A stretch of DNA of 64,000 nucleotides, from the NCBI GenBank assembly GCA_047601445.1, contig JASGJH010000001.1, forward strand, positions 9,184,001 through 9,248,000, given 5' to 3'. The DNA comes from Myxococcales bacterium (GTDB lineage Bacteria; Myxococcota_A; Polyangia; Polyangiales; DASUME01). This document shows positions 9,150 to 31,996 of the stretch, piece by piece. The translations under genes were made by a program, and so were the position numbers. The notes below the pieces were generated by a model. It did no database searches and was not told where the DNA came from. It worked only from the letters and a program-made list of their open reading frames with translations. Each line of letters opens with the position of its first letter. The first letter of the stretch is position 1.

Positions 9150-10279
9150 AATCCTTGATGCTCCGAGTCAGTCGAACCTTGGCGCGAAATTTCGTAAGCA
9201 AAACCGATTCCGAGCATCACCCCCAGCCGAGGCACCCCGGCGCGGCCGACCACCGTCTGCTGTCCGTCCCGAGCCACCACGTCGGCTTCCCGCAAGGCGT
9301 AGACCGGCGCCACCGAAATGCGCGCCGCCCAGTCCGGGGTCAGCCGGACCCCGAGCTCCAACTCTGCGGCAATTGCTGGCCAAAACAGCGAGGCGCCCAG
9401 CGGAGTGCGAAAATCGAAACCCTGGGTACGGAGGTAGCCGGGGAGAAAGCCGGCACACAGCCGAACACCGAGGCCGCCACTCGCTGGAAACTGGCGACAC
9501 AGGTCCACGACGCCGCTCAACAGCTTGGTCCGGAAGCGACCCGACGTGGCGTCGAGATCGCCGATGCGGGAGACCAGGCCGAACAATCCGAGGCGAGCTT
9601 CGAAGCCCTGGCCGAGCGGCAGCCCGAACGCCAGCCGCCCACCGCCTGCAGGGGAGGCCCCCACGTCGAAGGCCAGCAAGGCCCCGCCCATGAGATAGGG
9701 CCTACCGCGAGGGGTGGGCTTTTTCGTCGCGGTCACGAAGGAGAGCTTCGGGGATGCGGCGGACCAGGTGGGCCTGGGAGCGGGGAGGGGCGTCGGTGGA
9801 GGGGCCTCGGGAAGCGCTGCAGGTGGGGTGAGGGGCTCGGGCTGGGGCGGCGGTTCGGGGGCGGGCGCTGGTTCGAGCTCGACCTGCGGAGAGGCCGGCG
9901 TGAGCGCCGCTTTCACCATCAGGGCACCCGCGATCGCCAGGGCATCGTGTAAATCGGCGCAGCCCGAAGGGCCGGGTGAGAAACGACGTTCCGCGATGAC
10001 CTGCTCTCCGCGATGGAGCCGCAGCACGGCCGTGCGTGGATCGTGAGTGCTGCCTCGGACCTCGAGGCGCAGCGTGGCGTCGGCGGGCCAGGTCTCGAGC
10101 CAGGTCAGCAGGCGCTCGCGCAGGGTGGTCTCACTCAAGCAGGTGGCGCCCTGGTCCAACACGAGCGTGAGTCCCGAGTTTTCGTTGCTCGGTTCCTGCG
10201 CGGCGACGCGGCTCGCAGCGCACGGCGCGAACGCGAGCACGCAGAGCAGACAAAGGCGCGAAATCAGCCTGGAGCGCAT
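9146..10279 (-). CDS. Secreted/outer-membrane hypothetical protein (signal peptide, Cys-containing domain, Pro linker, beta-strand-rich C-terminus)
   Basis: MRSRLISRLCLLCVLAFAPCAASRVAAQ signal; GTGA overlap with the sigma gene. Start uncertain (ORF open to 10375). Confidence 0.65.
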   Translation of the reverse strand: MRSRLISRLCLLCVLAFAPCAASRVAAQEPSNENSGLTLVLDQGATCLSETTLRERLLTWLETWPADATLRLEVRGSTHDPRTAVLRLHRGEQVIAERRFSPGPSGCADLHDALAIAGALMVKAALTPASPQVELEPAPAPEPPPQPEPLTPPAALPEAPPPTPLPAPRPTWSAASPKLSFVTATKKPTPRGRPYLMGGALLAFDVGASPAGGGRLAFGLPLGQGFEARLGLFGLVSRIGDLDATSGRFRTKLLSGVVDLCRQFPASGGLGVRLCAGFLPGYLRTQGFDFRTPLGASLFWPAIAAELELGVRLTPDWAARISVAPVYALREADVVARDGQQTVVGRAGVPRLGVMLGIGFAYEISRQGSTDSEHQGL

Positions 10280-10367
10280 CGATTTAGCGAGAGAGCACGG
10301 CGGACATGGCGCAAGTAGGGTGGCCAACATGGCCGAAGCCATGCGATGGTGATGCCAGGTTCTCTCG

Positions 10368-11066
10368 GTGCGCAAGCAATCGATTCTCAGAGCTCACAAA
10401 AGTTCTGCAGGGGCGCTCGTGCTCGGCTGCTTACTTGGCGGCTGTTGGCAGCCCTACGAGGCGACCGTGGGCATGGTGCAGGGCGCGCTCGATGCCGGCC
10501 CGCGGCCGATGGGTGACGGCGATGGCGATGGCGACGGCGATGGCGATGGCGATGGTGATCACCCCGACGATCAGGCAGGGGATGGCGATGCGGGCGCGGA
10601 CTTTGGGGATGGCGGTGCCGACGACTGCATCACGTTGATCGACCAGAGCGTGGCCCAGGGCCAAATGGTCGATGGTGGGGTGATCGCGGGCAGCAACGTG
10701 CAGCTCCTCGGCTGTCAGACGGTGGACGGCAACGACAAGAGCACGAGTTCGATCTGGTGGCGCAAGGATGGTGAGCCCCTGCTCGAGACCGGCCAGGCCT
10801 ACTCGTTTCGCTGGCCTGCCGAGATCACGCTGGTCTCGCGGGTGCGCTTGTTCGGAGGAGGCTCGCAGTGCGCGACTGAGAAGATCTACGAGAATTCCGC
10901 CGGGATCGGCATCTATTTGCCGTCTCCGGGCTGCGTGGCCTTTATCGCCGGGTTCGATACGAAGTACCTGCGGATGACGAACGAGTACGGCAACTACAGC
11001 TTTCTGACGAACTGGGTGGTGCCGATGAAGCTCTGCAAGGCGCCCTGTCCCGTGCCGAAGATGTAG
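10368..11066 (+). CDS. Lipoprotein with (GD)n linker and Cys-containing domain
   Basis: LLGG-C lipobox; GDGDGDGDGDGDGD encoded by GGCGAT/GGCGAC hexamers. Confidence 0.75.
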   Translation: MRKQSILRAHKSSAGALVLGCLLGGCWQPYEATVGMVQGALDAGPRPMGDGDGDGDGDGDGDGDHPDDQAGDGDAGADFGDGGADDCITLIDQSVAQGQMVDGGVIAGSNVQLLGCQTVDGNDKSTSSIWWRKDGEPLLETGQAYSFRWPAEITLVSRVRLFGGGSQCATEKIYENSAGIGIYLPSPGCVAFIAGFDTKYLRMTNEYGNYSFLTNWVVPMKLCKAPCPVPKM

Positions 11067-11200
11067 CGAACGGCGCCGTGTGCGGACGAGGACGGTGACG
11101 AGTACGTAGACGAGGACGCGCACGCGCACGACTACGAAGGCGAGTACGCGCACGGCGTGGACTGGGTCCGGTGGGGCTCAGGGAGGAACTCCGACCGGGC

Positions 11201-11340
11201 TTGCCGCGACGGTCGGGGAGGTCGCGTGACCTCTTTCGAGCCGGCTTGAGTGCGCATCGTGAGCGCAGCGAACTTCGCGGAGGGGTGGGCCCCGTCGCGG
11301 CTTTGCCGCGACGGTCGGGGAGGTCGCGTGACCTCCCCGA
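11201..11340. repeat. REP-like element family A, copy 1: 33-bp direct repeat (11201-11233, 11303-11335) ending in an 11-bp-stem hairpin
   Basis: TTGCCGCGACGGTCGGGGAGGTCGCGTGACCTC occurs twice; TCGGGGAGGTC-GCGT-GACCTCCCCGA at 11315-11340; lies between convergent genes. Confidence 0.85.
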
Positions 11341-11343
11341 TAA

Positions 11344-12507
11344 TTAAATGGCTTCGAGTAGGCCCGCTGCGCCCTGGCCGCCACCGATGCACATGGTGAC
11401 GATGGCGTAGCGACCCTTGCGGCGACGCAGCTCGTAGAGCGCGCTGGCCACCAGCTTGGCGCCCGTGCAGCCCAGGGGATGACCGAGGGCGATGGCGCCA
11501 CCGTTGATGTTGAGCTTCTCGTCGGGGATGCCCAGCTCGCGCTTGCAGTACAGGGCCTGGCTGGCGAAGGCTTCGTTCATCTCGATGACGTCGATGTCCT
11601 TGAGGGACATGCCCGTGCGCTTGAGCAGCTTCTGCACCGCAGGCAGCGGTCCGATGCCCATGATGGCCGGATCCACGCCCACCGTGACGAAGGCGCGGAA
11701 GTAGCCGATGCCCTTCACGCCGAGCTCGTCGGCCTTGGCCTTGCTGAGCATGAGCGAGAAGGCGGCGCCGTCCGACAACGGCGAGGCGTTGCCGGGCGTG
11801 ACGCTGCCCTTGGCCGAGAAGGAAGGCTTGAGTGAAGCCAGGCCCTCGATGGTGGTCTCGGGGCGCGGCAGCTCGTCCTGCTTGAACTCGAACTCCACGC
11901 GCTTGTTGCCGTCGTAGCGGATACCGCGCACGGGCACGATCTCGTCCACGAACTTGCCGGCAGCGATGGCGGCGCCCGCCTTCTTCTGGCTGGCGAGGGC
12001 GAACGCATCCTGATCTTCACGCGAGATCTTGAAGCGGTTGGCCACGTTCTCCGCCGTGATGCCCATGGGCGTGTAGGCGGTGGGAAAGCGCTCCATCACT
12101 TCGGGCGACATGGAGAGCTTGTTGCCCGTCATGGGGACGAGCGACATGGACTCGGTGCCGCCAGCGACGGCGCAGTCGTAGGCGCCGATGGCGATTTGGC
12201 CCGCCGCCAGCGCGAGCGCCTGCAAGCCGCTCGCACAGAAGCGGTTGATGGTGATGCCGCCGCTCTCGACCGGGAGATCACCGAGCAAGCCGCACTGGCG
12301 CGCCATGTTGAGACCCTGCTCGCCTTCCGGCATCGCGCAGCCGACCACCAGGTCGTCCACGTCGCTGGGCTTCACCTGCGGCACGCGCTTCATGAGCCCG
12401 CGGATGACGTCACCCGCGAGTTCGTCCGAGCGCTTGAAGGCCAAGGAGCCCTTGAGGGCGCGCCCCACGGCCGAGCGCACTGCATCTGCAATCACTACGT
12501 CAGTCAT
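11344..12507 (-). CDS. fadA: Acetyl-CoA C-acyltransferase (thiolase)
   Basis: NRFCASGLQ, NEAFA, GGAIALGHPLG, MCIGGGQG motifs. Confidence 0.95.
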   Translation of the reverse strand: MTDVVIADAVRSAVGRALKGSLAFKRSDELAGDVIRGLMKRVPQVKPSDVDDLVVGCAMPEGEQGLNMARQCGLLGDLPVESGGITINRFCASGLQALALAAGQIAIGAYDCAVAGGTESMSLVPMTGNKLSMSPEVMERFPTAYTPMGITAENVANRFKISREDQDAFALASQKKAGAAIAAGKFVDEIVPVRGIRYDGNKRVEFEFKQDELPRPETTIEGLASLKPSFSAKGSVTPGNASPLSDGAAFSLMLSKAKADELGVKGIGYFRAFVTVGVDPAIMGIGPLPAVQKLLKRTGMSLKDIDVIEMNEAFASQALYCKRELGIPDEKLNINGGAIALGHPLGCTGAKLVASALYELRRRKGRYAIVTMCIGGGQGAAGLLEAI

Positions 12508-12525
12508 GTGATGATTCTCCTGCGC

Positions 12526-14898
12526 TCAGTTCCGAAGGGGCTTGTTGTTCTGAAGCATGTACTGCATGCGCTCGAGGCTCTTCTGCTCGCCGCACAGGCT
12601 CAAGAAGGCTTCGCGCTCGAGGTCGAGGATCTCCTGCTCGGTGACCTCGTGGGTGGAACCGCCGACGCCGCCGTTGAGGACCACGCCGAGCTTGCGCGCG
12701 ATCAGCGCGTCGTGCTCGGACGCGAAGCCGCCCGCGACCAGGGTGTCGACCATCATGTTGATGGTGGCGATGCCGTTGTCGCCCGGCAGCACGTAGGCGC
12801 GCGGGGTGGGCGGGTGGTAGCCGGCCGCGGCGAGACCGATGGCGCGTGCCTTGGCCTCGGCCACGCGACGCTCCCTGTCGAAGGAGACGCCGTCGTTGCG
12901 CCGGAAGTAGCCGAACGCCTTGCCTTCCTCGGCGCTGGTCGCGACCTTGGCCATGGCGATGTTCTTGAACACCTGGGTGACGACGTCGTAGGTGTTCACG
13001 GTGACGCCCTCGGGGATGTTCTCGAGCGCGCGCCACAGCATGTTGAGGTTGCCGGCGCCGCCGGGGATGAGGCCCACGCCGACTTCGACCAAACCTGAAT
13101 AGGTTTCTGCCGCCGCCTGCACGGCGTCGGCCGCGAAGCAGACCTCGAGACCGCCGCCCAGGGTCATGCCGAAGGGCGCCGCGACCACGGGGATACGCGC
13201 GTATTTGAGGCGCTGCGTGGTGTCCTGCAGGGACTTCACGACTTCACCGATGGCAGCGAAGTTCTTCTGCATGGCCTGCATGACCACGAGCATCAGGTTC
13301 GCGCCGACGCTGAAGTGCTCGCCCTCGTTGGAGATCACCAAGCCGCGGAAGTCGTGCTCCGCCTTGGTGGCCGCCTCGTTGAGCAGACCGATCACGTCGC
13401 CGTCGATGCTGTTCATCTTGGACTTGAACGTGAAGCCCAGGATGCCGTCGCCCAGGTCCCAGGCCTCTGCGCCCAGATTCTTGAGCACCGGGGCCTCGCC
13501 GCGCTTGAGGATCTCGAAGCTCGCGTAGCGAGGATCCTTGGGGCGCGCCACGTAGTCGCCCTTGGCCAGGTCGTACACGGCGCCGTCTTCGCGGTAGAAG
13601 CCCTTGGCGCCCTTCTCGCGCATCTTCTTGATGGAGTCGGGCAGCGCCACGCCCTCCTTCAACATGCGGTCGGTGGTCTCGGCGAAGCCGAGCGCGTCCC
13701 ACACCTCGAACGGTCCGAGCTCCCAGTTGTAGCCCCACTTCATGGCGTCATCGACGGCCACCACGCTGTCGCAGATCTCGCCGATGCGACGCGCGGAGTA
13801 GGCCAGCGAGCGCGAGGTGAGCTTCCAGGCGAAGCGACCCACGGGCCCCTCGGTGGCGGCCAGCTTCTTGAGGCGCTGGCGCGGGTTCTCGATCTTGCTC
13901 AGGGCCTTGCAGGTGGCCTTGATCTCGGGGTCTCCGCCCTCGGGACGATACTCGAGCGTCTTGTAGTCGAAGGTCAGCTTGTTCTTGCCGTCCTTCTTGT
14001 AGAAGCCGCCCTTGGTCTTGTCGCCGAGCAGCTTCTTCTCGAGCATGGTGTCCACGAACGAAGGCAGCTTGAAGGCCGAGCGCTCTTCGTCGTCGACCAG
14101 GGTGTCGTAACAGTTCTTGGCCACGTGGCTGAAGGTGTCGAGGCCCACCATGTCGGCCGTGCGGAAGCTGGCGCTGCGCGGGTGGCACATCGGCGTGCCC
14201 GTGATGGCGTCGACGTCCTCCGGGGTCAGTCCTTCTTCCACCATGAGCTGGGCGGTGAGGGCCATGCCGTGCACGCCGATGCGGTTGCCGACGAAGTTGG
14301 GCGTGTCCTTGCCCACCACGATGCCCTTGCCGAGCACGTCCTCGCCGAAGCGGGTGATCAGGTCGAACGTCTTGGGGTCGGTCTCCGGACCGGCCACCAG
14401 CTCGAGCAACTTCATGTAACGCACTGGGTTGAAGAAGTGCATCACGAGGAAGTTCTTTTTGAAGTTCTCGGAGCGCCCCGCGACCATGTCGTGGATGCGC
14501 AGACCGGAGGTGTTCGAGGCCACGATGGCGTGCTTGGGCAGCACCTGCTCGAGCTTGGCGAACAGGGCCTGCTTGATGTCCAGGCGCTCGATGACGGCTT
14601 CGATCACGAGGTCACAGTTGGACAGGAGGCCGAGGTCGTCCTCGGTGTTGCCGGTGCGCACCAGGCGCGCGTTGCTCTTGTGGAAGAAAGCGGCGGGCTT
14701 GGCCTTGATCGCCTTCTCGAGGCCACCGGCGGCAAACGCGTCACGCGCGCTCTTCTTTTTCTTGTCCTCCTCCTTCAGGTTGGGAGGAACGATGTCGAGA
14801 AGCACCACTTCGAGGCCGGCGTTGGCGAAGTGCGCGGCGATGCCGCTGCCCATCACGCCCGCCCCGATCACGCCTGCGCGCCGAATCGGGATCGTCAT
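12526..14898 (-). CDS. fadN: 3-hydroxyacyl-CoA dehydrogenase / enoyl-CoA hydratase (FadN-type domain order)
   Basis: GAGVMG, SNTSG, HFFNPVRYMKLLE, C-terminal crotonase (LGGGLE, GLVEVGVGLIPG), terminal KPLRN. Confidence 0.92.
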   Translation of the reverse strand: MTIPIRRAGVIGAGVMGSGIAAHFANAGLEVVLLDIVPPNLKEEDKKKKSARDAFAAGGLEKAIKAKPAAFFHKSNARLVRTGNTEDDLGLLSNCDLVIEAVIERLDIKQALFAKLEQVLPKHAIVASNTSGLRIHDMVAGRSENFKKNFLVMHFFNPVRYMKLLELVAGPETDPKTFDLITRFGEDVLGKGIVVGKDTPNFVGNRIGVHGMALTAQLMVEEGLTPEDVDAITGTPMCHPRSASFRTADMVGLDTFSHVAKNCYDTLVDDEERSAFKLPSFVDTMLEKKLLGDKTKGGFYKKDGKNKLTFDYKTLEYRPEGGDPEIKATCKALSKIENPRQRLKKLAATEGPVGRFAWKLTSRSLAYSARRIGEICDSVVAVDDAMKWGYNWELGPFEVWDALGFAETTDRMLKEGVALPDSIKKMREKGAKGFYREDGAVYDLAKGDYVARPKDPRYASFEILKRGEAPVLKNLGAEAWDLGDGILGFTFKSKMNSIDGDVIGLLNEAATKAEHDFRGLVISNEGEHFSVGANLMLVVMQAMQKNFAAIGEVVKSLQDTTQRLKYARIPVVAAPFGMTLGGGLEVCFAADAVQAAAETYSGLVEVGVGLIPGGAGNLNMLWRALENIPEGVTVNTYDVVTQVFKNIAMAKVATSAEEGKAFGYFRRNDGVSFDRERRVAEAKARAIGLAAAGYHPPTPRAYVLPGDNGIATINMMVDTLVAGGFASEHDALIARKLGVVLNGGVGGSTHEVTEQEILDLEREAFLSLCGEQKSLERMQYMLQNNKPLRN

Positions 14899-15123
14899 TG
14901 GAATCGTCTCCGTGTCATTCGAGGATCTGCTCGCCGGCTGCCCTGGACATGGGGTTCAAGCTGAATGTTTCCAGCGGAAACATCAGGACAGCCGCTGGGC
15001 TCCTCTTATAGGCGGGGGGCAGCGCCCAGGCACGGCGAGTAGCAGGGGAATTTGAGACGGAACTGTGCTGGCTCGGGTCCCCAGGCGGGGTAGGTCGGGG
15101 GCCGACATCAGGTCCCCCAGGGG

Positions 15124-15256
15124 CTCTGTGCTCCGGCTCGTACGCGTGCCCGTGCCCGTGCCCGATCTTTCTGAAGTTCAGACGTGGGATCGTTTACGGG
15201 CACGGGCACGCGTACGAGCCGGAGCACAGAGGGCGAGGGCACGGGCACGCGTACGA
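15124..15256. repeat. Perfect 36-bp inverted repeat (15124-15159 / 15196-15231) built on GTGCCC hexamers, plus a partial third copy
   Basis: CTCTGTGCTCCGGCTCGTACGCGTGCCCGTGCCCGT and its exact reverse complement with a 36-nt loop. Confidence 0.9.
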
Positions 15257-15280
15257 CCCAGAGCAGAAGGGCCACCTTCT

Positions 15281-17435
15281 TCACTCGTGGGCCAATCGGG
15301 AAACAATCGTTTTCAACCGCTGGAGATCTACTGGTTTGGGCAGGTGACGTTGGAAACCTGCCTTGAGCGCCCGGTTCACGTCTTCGCCGCGGGCGTAGGC
15401 CGTGAGGGCGATGGCCCGGGTGGCGCCGCCCTGGTTCGCCGGCAACGCGCGGACCTGGCGGATCAGCTGGTAGCCGTCGGCCTCGGGCATGGCGATGTCG
15501 CTGATGAGCACGTTGGGCCGGAACCGCCGCACCTCCTTGAGCGCTTCGGATACCGACTCCGCCGTGCGCACCTCCGCGCCCGTGTCCGCGAGGAGCTCGG
15601 AGACGAGGCAGCGCGAGTCGTTCTCGTCGTCCACCACCAAGATCCGCACATGCTCGAGTCGCGGCTCCTCTTCGTCCTCCACCACCGACTCTGCGGTTGC
15701 CTCCGCCTTCCGGACATCCTCGAGAACGGCCGGCAGCTCGAGGGTGAAGGTCGAGCCTTGGTCGACGCCTGGACTGCTGGCGAGCAGCTTGCCCGCGTGG
15801 GCCTCGGCGAGCTGTCGCGCGATGGTGAGCCCCAGCCCCAGCCCGCCGTGCCGACGGGTGGAAGTGCCGTCCTCCTGTTGGAAGGGCGTGAACACATTCG
15901 GCAAGAAATCCTCGGCGATGCCTTGCCCGGTGTCCTTGACCGAGATGCGCACCTTGCCGTGCTCGCGCGTGGTGGTGAGCCTGACGCGCCCACCCTTGGG
16001 CGTGAACTTGATCGCGTTGGTGAGTAGGTTCCAGACGATTTGTTGGATTCGGTCGGGGTCGCCGTGCACCCGAAGCTGCTCGTCGATCTCCGAGTTCAGC
16101 TCCACGCCCTTGGTCTCCGCCGAGGGCCGCACCGCCTCCAGGGCGCCATTTATGGGATCCTTCACCGCGAGCAGATGCAGCTCCAGCCTGAGCTTGCCGT
16201 TGATGATGCGCGACAGGTCGAGCATGTCGTCGACCATGCGTGCCTGGGCCTCGGCGTTGCGCGCCACGATCTCGAGCGGACGCTGCAGCTCGGGCGGTGC
16301 CTTGCTGCGCGCGCGGGCGGTCCAGCCGAGTACGGCGTTGAGCGGAGTGCGTAGCTCGTGGGACAGCGTGGCCAGGAACTCGTCCTTGGCACGGCTCGCC
16401 AGCTCCGCCTGATGACGCGCCATCTGCTCGCGCCGCAGCAGGTCGTTGCGCTCGGCTTGCAGGCGGGAGCGCTCCGCGTGTTTGGCCACCGCCCAGGCGG
16501 CCCGCTCCGCCACGGTGCCGAACAGGGCGCGCTCGCGCTCGCTGAGCGGATCGTCCTCGCTCGAACCGGCGTAGGCCACCCCCAGTAGCTCGTCTCCGTG
16601 CACCAGCGGTACGCCCAGCAGCTCGTGCGAGCCGCTCCTCGGAGCTGCGTGCGAGGTGGTCTCCTGCCGGCGCTCGCGTGATTCCAGGCTGTTCAAGCCC
16701 AAAAGGACCGGCTCGCGCCGACGGGCCACCTCCTCGCACAGCTCGAGGCTCCCCACCTTGCTGCTGACTGCGACGCGCGTGGGGACGCCGCGCACGGCGT
16801 TGCTCACCACGTGCATGTCGCCGCCCTTGCCCAGGGCGATGCTCGCGAAATTCGCCGAGTCCGCGCCATCCAGGAAGATTTGCAGGAGCTCGTCCAGGAG
16901 CAGCTTGAGATCGTTGGACTCGAGGGCCGCGCTGGCGATGCGTTCGAAGGTGGCCACGCGGCGCAGAGCTTCGTCACGCTCGTTGGTGCGGGCAGCCACC
17001 TGGATGCGGCGCACCTCCTCGCGTTGCTGGAACAGCTCCACGAAAGCGCGCACTCGCGCGCGCAGCACCTGGATGTCGAAGGGCTTGGTCACGTAGTCCG
17101 CCGCGCCGATGGCGTAGCCCTTGCGCATGAAGGCTTCGTCGCGATGGATGGCGGTGACGAAGATCAGCGGCAGCTCCTTGCCGTTGGGCAGCTCGCGCAT
17201 GCGCTCGGCGATGGCGAAGCCGTCCATACCAGGCATCTGCACGTCGAGCAGGACCACCGCGAAGCTCTCCTCGCGCACCCGCGCCAGTGCTTCCGGGCCC
17301 GAGGAGGCCTCCACGATGCGTACGCCGAGCGGGCTCAGCACGGCCGAGAGTGCCACCAGGTTGGCGCCGGTGTCGTCCACGATGAGGACACTCGCTCGAT
17401 TCGGTGCTTGCCCTGCGCTGGCCATGGTGGTCCTC

Positions 17436-17452
<17 letters not shown>
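15281..17452 (-). CDS. Hybrid histidine kinase (REC-GAF-HisKA-HATPase-REC)
   Basis: ILLD-like VLLDVQMPGMDG, FLATLSHELRTPL, NLLTNAIKFT, GGLGLGL, SDIAMPEADG; start may be ATG 17425. Confidence 0.92.
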
Positions 17453-22868
<5,416 letters not shown>

Positions 22869-22871
22869 GGG

Positions 22872-23246
22872 TCACTCCTCGAGTTCCTCGATGGCGGTCT
22901 CGAGCGTCTCGGGCAGCAAGGGTTTCACGAAGAAGCGATCGAATCCGGCCTGTCTTGCGTGTTCGCGGTCGCTCGCGTCGTCGAAGCCGGTCACGGCGAA
23001 CAGGAGCGGTGTCTTGCGGCTGGGTTCACGCCGTTGCAGGCGGCGTGCGAGCTCCAGACCGTCTATACCCGGGACCCCCAGGTCGAGGATCGCGAGCTCG
23101 GCGTCGAAGTCGTTCGCAATATCGAGGGCAGTGACGCCGTCGTGGGCCATGCGTACGGTATGGCCTCGGTCCGTGAGCGCCTCCGACAGGAGCAGCGCCA
23201 GGTCCTCGTTGTCCTCGACCAGCAATATTCGTTTCGCGTGTGCCAT
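22872..23246 (-). CDS. Single-domain response regulator
   Basis: MAHAKRILLVEDNED...ILDLGVPGIDG...AVTG...FVKP; start reassigned to ATG 23246. Confidence 0.9.
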   Translation of the reverse strand: MAHAKRILLVEDNEDLALLLSEALTDRGHTVRMAHDGVTALDIANDFDAELAILDLGVPGIDGLELARRLQRREPSRKTPLLFAVTGFDDASDREHARQAGFDRFFVKPLLPETLETAIEELEE

Positions 23247-23454
23247 GCTCTCGCGCCGCGGGAGGGAAGGGCATGTCTGCGTACGGCATGCGGGGCCCGC
23301 TGGCAGGCAACGTAGGCACGTGCGGCGTCCAGTCAGGGGCTCGAACGAGGTGTTGTCGAACCTGAAAAACGCTCTGGAACGCTGGCGCACACCTGCGCCA
23401 TAGTTCTCGTCTCGTGGCGCGGACGCCATTCGAGATTGGGGATGGGCTGAGCCG

Positions 23455-24516
23455 GTGCAGCGACAGAAAGCAGTCATCGATCCGGCGCTGAGTGCGCGTG
23501 TGCTGTCTCGCTTTCCGATGCGATACACGGCTGGCCCCGAGCCTGCCCAGGACCGACCTGCGCACGTGAGGGCGGCCTCGGGTCTGGCATGGCTTCCGCT
23601 GGCCCTCACGAATGGGCCACAACGGGAATTGCTCGCGGTGATCCAGGACGACGCGGCCTTCGTTGCGCTGGTGGACCCGGCCACGGGGCTGGCCGACGCG
23701 GCGCCTTTGCCGGCTGCCCCTGGTGGCGTGCGCTTGTTCCAAGCCGAGCGCGGCAACAAGCAGCTCAAGCTCGACCTCGAAGCCTGCGTGGTCGGCAGCG
23801 TCTTCGGGGCTCCGCATCTGGTGGCTTTTGGGTCGGGCTCCTCGGATCAGCGTGAGCGCATCGTGCTCTTGCCCTGCGACACCCCGTTTCAATCGGCCGA
23901 ACGGGCGGCGCATGTGAAAGACGCCAGCGCGTTCTACCAGCGGCTGCGCTCGGAGACGGCTTTCAGCGGTAGCGAGCTCAATCTCGAAGGTGTGGTGTTG
24001 CGGGAGAATCCGGTCTCCATGCGGCCCGAGCTCTTGCTCTTCCAGCGCGGCAATGGCGCGGACCGCGAGGGGCGCCCGGCGCTCAACGCGACGGCTATCG
24101 TGTCGTGGCCGAGCTTCGTCGCCTATCTCGAGTCCGACGCTGCGCAGGCCCCCGTACCCGCCCTGCGCGCCATCACGCACTACGACCTCGGCACCGTGCG
24201 AGACGTGCGTCTCACCTTCACCGACGCCACCGTCGGCCCGCGGAGCAGCGTGCTGTTCTTGGCCTGCGCGGAGGCATCCCCCAACACCGTCGACGATGGC
24301 GAAGTGCTCGGCACCTTCGTCGGTGTGATCGGAGCGGAGGGAGACGTGCGTATCGCGCCCCTGCTCGACGAAGCCGGGGCGCCGAGCCGTGACAAGGCAG
24401 AGGGGATCGTGCGCGATGTGCGGCAAGCCCACAGGGTGGTGCTCACCGTGGACCGAGACGATCCCGATTTACCCTCTGATCTCCTGCATGTCGCGCTCGA
24501 GGGGGCCTGGTTTTAG
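23455..24516 (+). CDS. Hypothetical protein, probably propeller-like (DUF6910/DUF3616-like)
   Basis: VRAASGL, KLDLEA, FGSGSS, LNLEG, KAEGI blade-like motifs; start uncertain (ATG 23518 possible). Confidence 0.65.
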   Translation: MQRQKAVIDPALSARVLSRFPMRYTAGPEPAQDRPAHVRAASGLAWLPLALTNGPQRELLAVIQDDAAFVALVDPATGLADAAPLPAAPGGVRLFQAERGNKQLKLDLEACVVGSVFGAPHLVAFGSGSSDQRERIVLLPCDTPFQSAERAAHVKDASAFYQRLRSETAFSGSELNLEGVVLRENPVSMRPELLLFQRGNGADREGRPALNATAIVSWPSFVAYLESDAAQAPVPALRAITHYDLGTVRDVRLTFTDATVGPRSSVLFLACAEASPNTVDDGEVLGTFVGVIGAEGDVRIAPLLDEAGAPSRDKAEGIVRDVRQAHRVVLTVDRDDPDLPSDLLHVALEGAWF

Positions 24517-24622
24517 AGGGGTGTTTGCGCCGGCCACGCGTTTGGTACACTCGCCTGCCGCGCCCGCTCTCGTTCCGAAGTGGGCACCCTTCGCTTCGAA
24601 ACCTCACTGAGGAAGGTGATCC

Positions 24623-26173
<1,551 letters not shown>

Positions 26174-26199
26174 TCCTCCTCCGGACGTCCGCCGATGAA

Positions 26200-26392
26200 C
26201 ATGCTCGTCGCGAGCGTGGTGGTGGACATGGTCGTGGACTTTGACGGCGACGGTGTGCGTGGCCGCTTGCTGCGTCGGTGGTCGCATCGCGGCGGCGCCC
26301 GGCGCATCAGCGTTTGCCGCTCACGCACGCCGTCGCCGTCAACGTCCATGTCGCCTACGAAGTCCAGGTCAACGTGCTGGTTCTCGACGAGC
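26200..26392. repeat. Imperfect inverted repeat of hexamer-based REP type between convergent genes (core 26241-26261 / 26322-26342)
   Basis: TTGACGGCGACGGTGTGCGTG pairs with CACGCACGCCGTCGCCGTCAA at 20/21 positions; flanks are GTGGAC/GTCCAT-like hexamers. Confidence 0.75.
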
Positions 26393-26442
26393 TCCCGACG
26401 CTGTTCTCTCGCGCAAAGACGGGCAACGCGAAGGCGGTTCCT

Positions 26443-28950
<2,508 letters not shown>

Positions 28951-28995
28951 TCCGATGTTATCGTGCCTAGCGCTCCGTCTGCTGGCCAACAGAAT

Positions 28996-31776
<2,781 letters not shown>

Positions 31777-31996
31777 ACGAGCCCCCCCGTTACCGCCCTG
31801 TTTCGACAGGGCAAAGAGTGAGGTAGCCGCAAAAACGTTGGCAGCGCCACGTTGGGGGGCAGGAAAGAACCTGCGCGTCCGGCAAGTGGGCCATACTCGA
31901 CGGCCTGTCGGGTCAACGCAAGCGCGGCTAGTGTCTGCTAGGGTGCGTCGGAATTTGACCGTGTAGCGGCCCGGCTAGCCGAAAGGTTCCTGAGTT

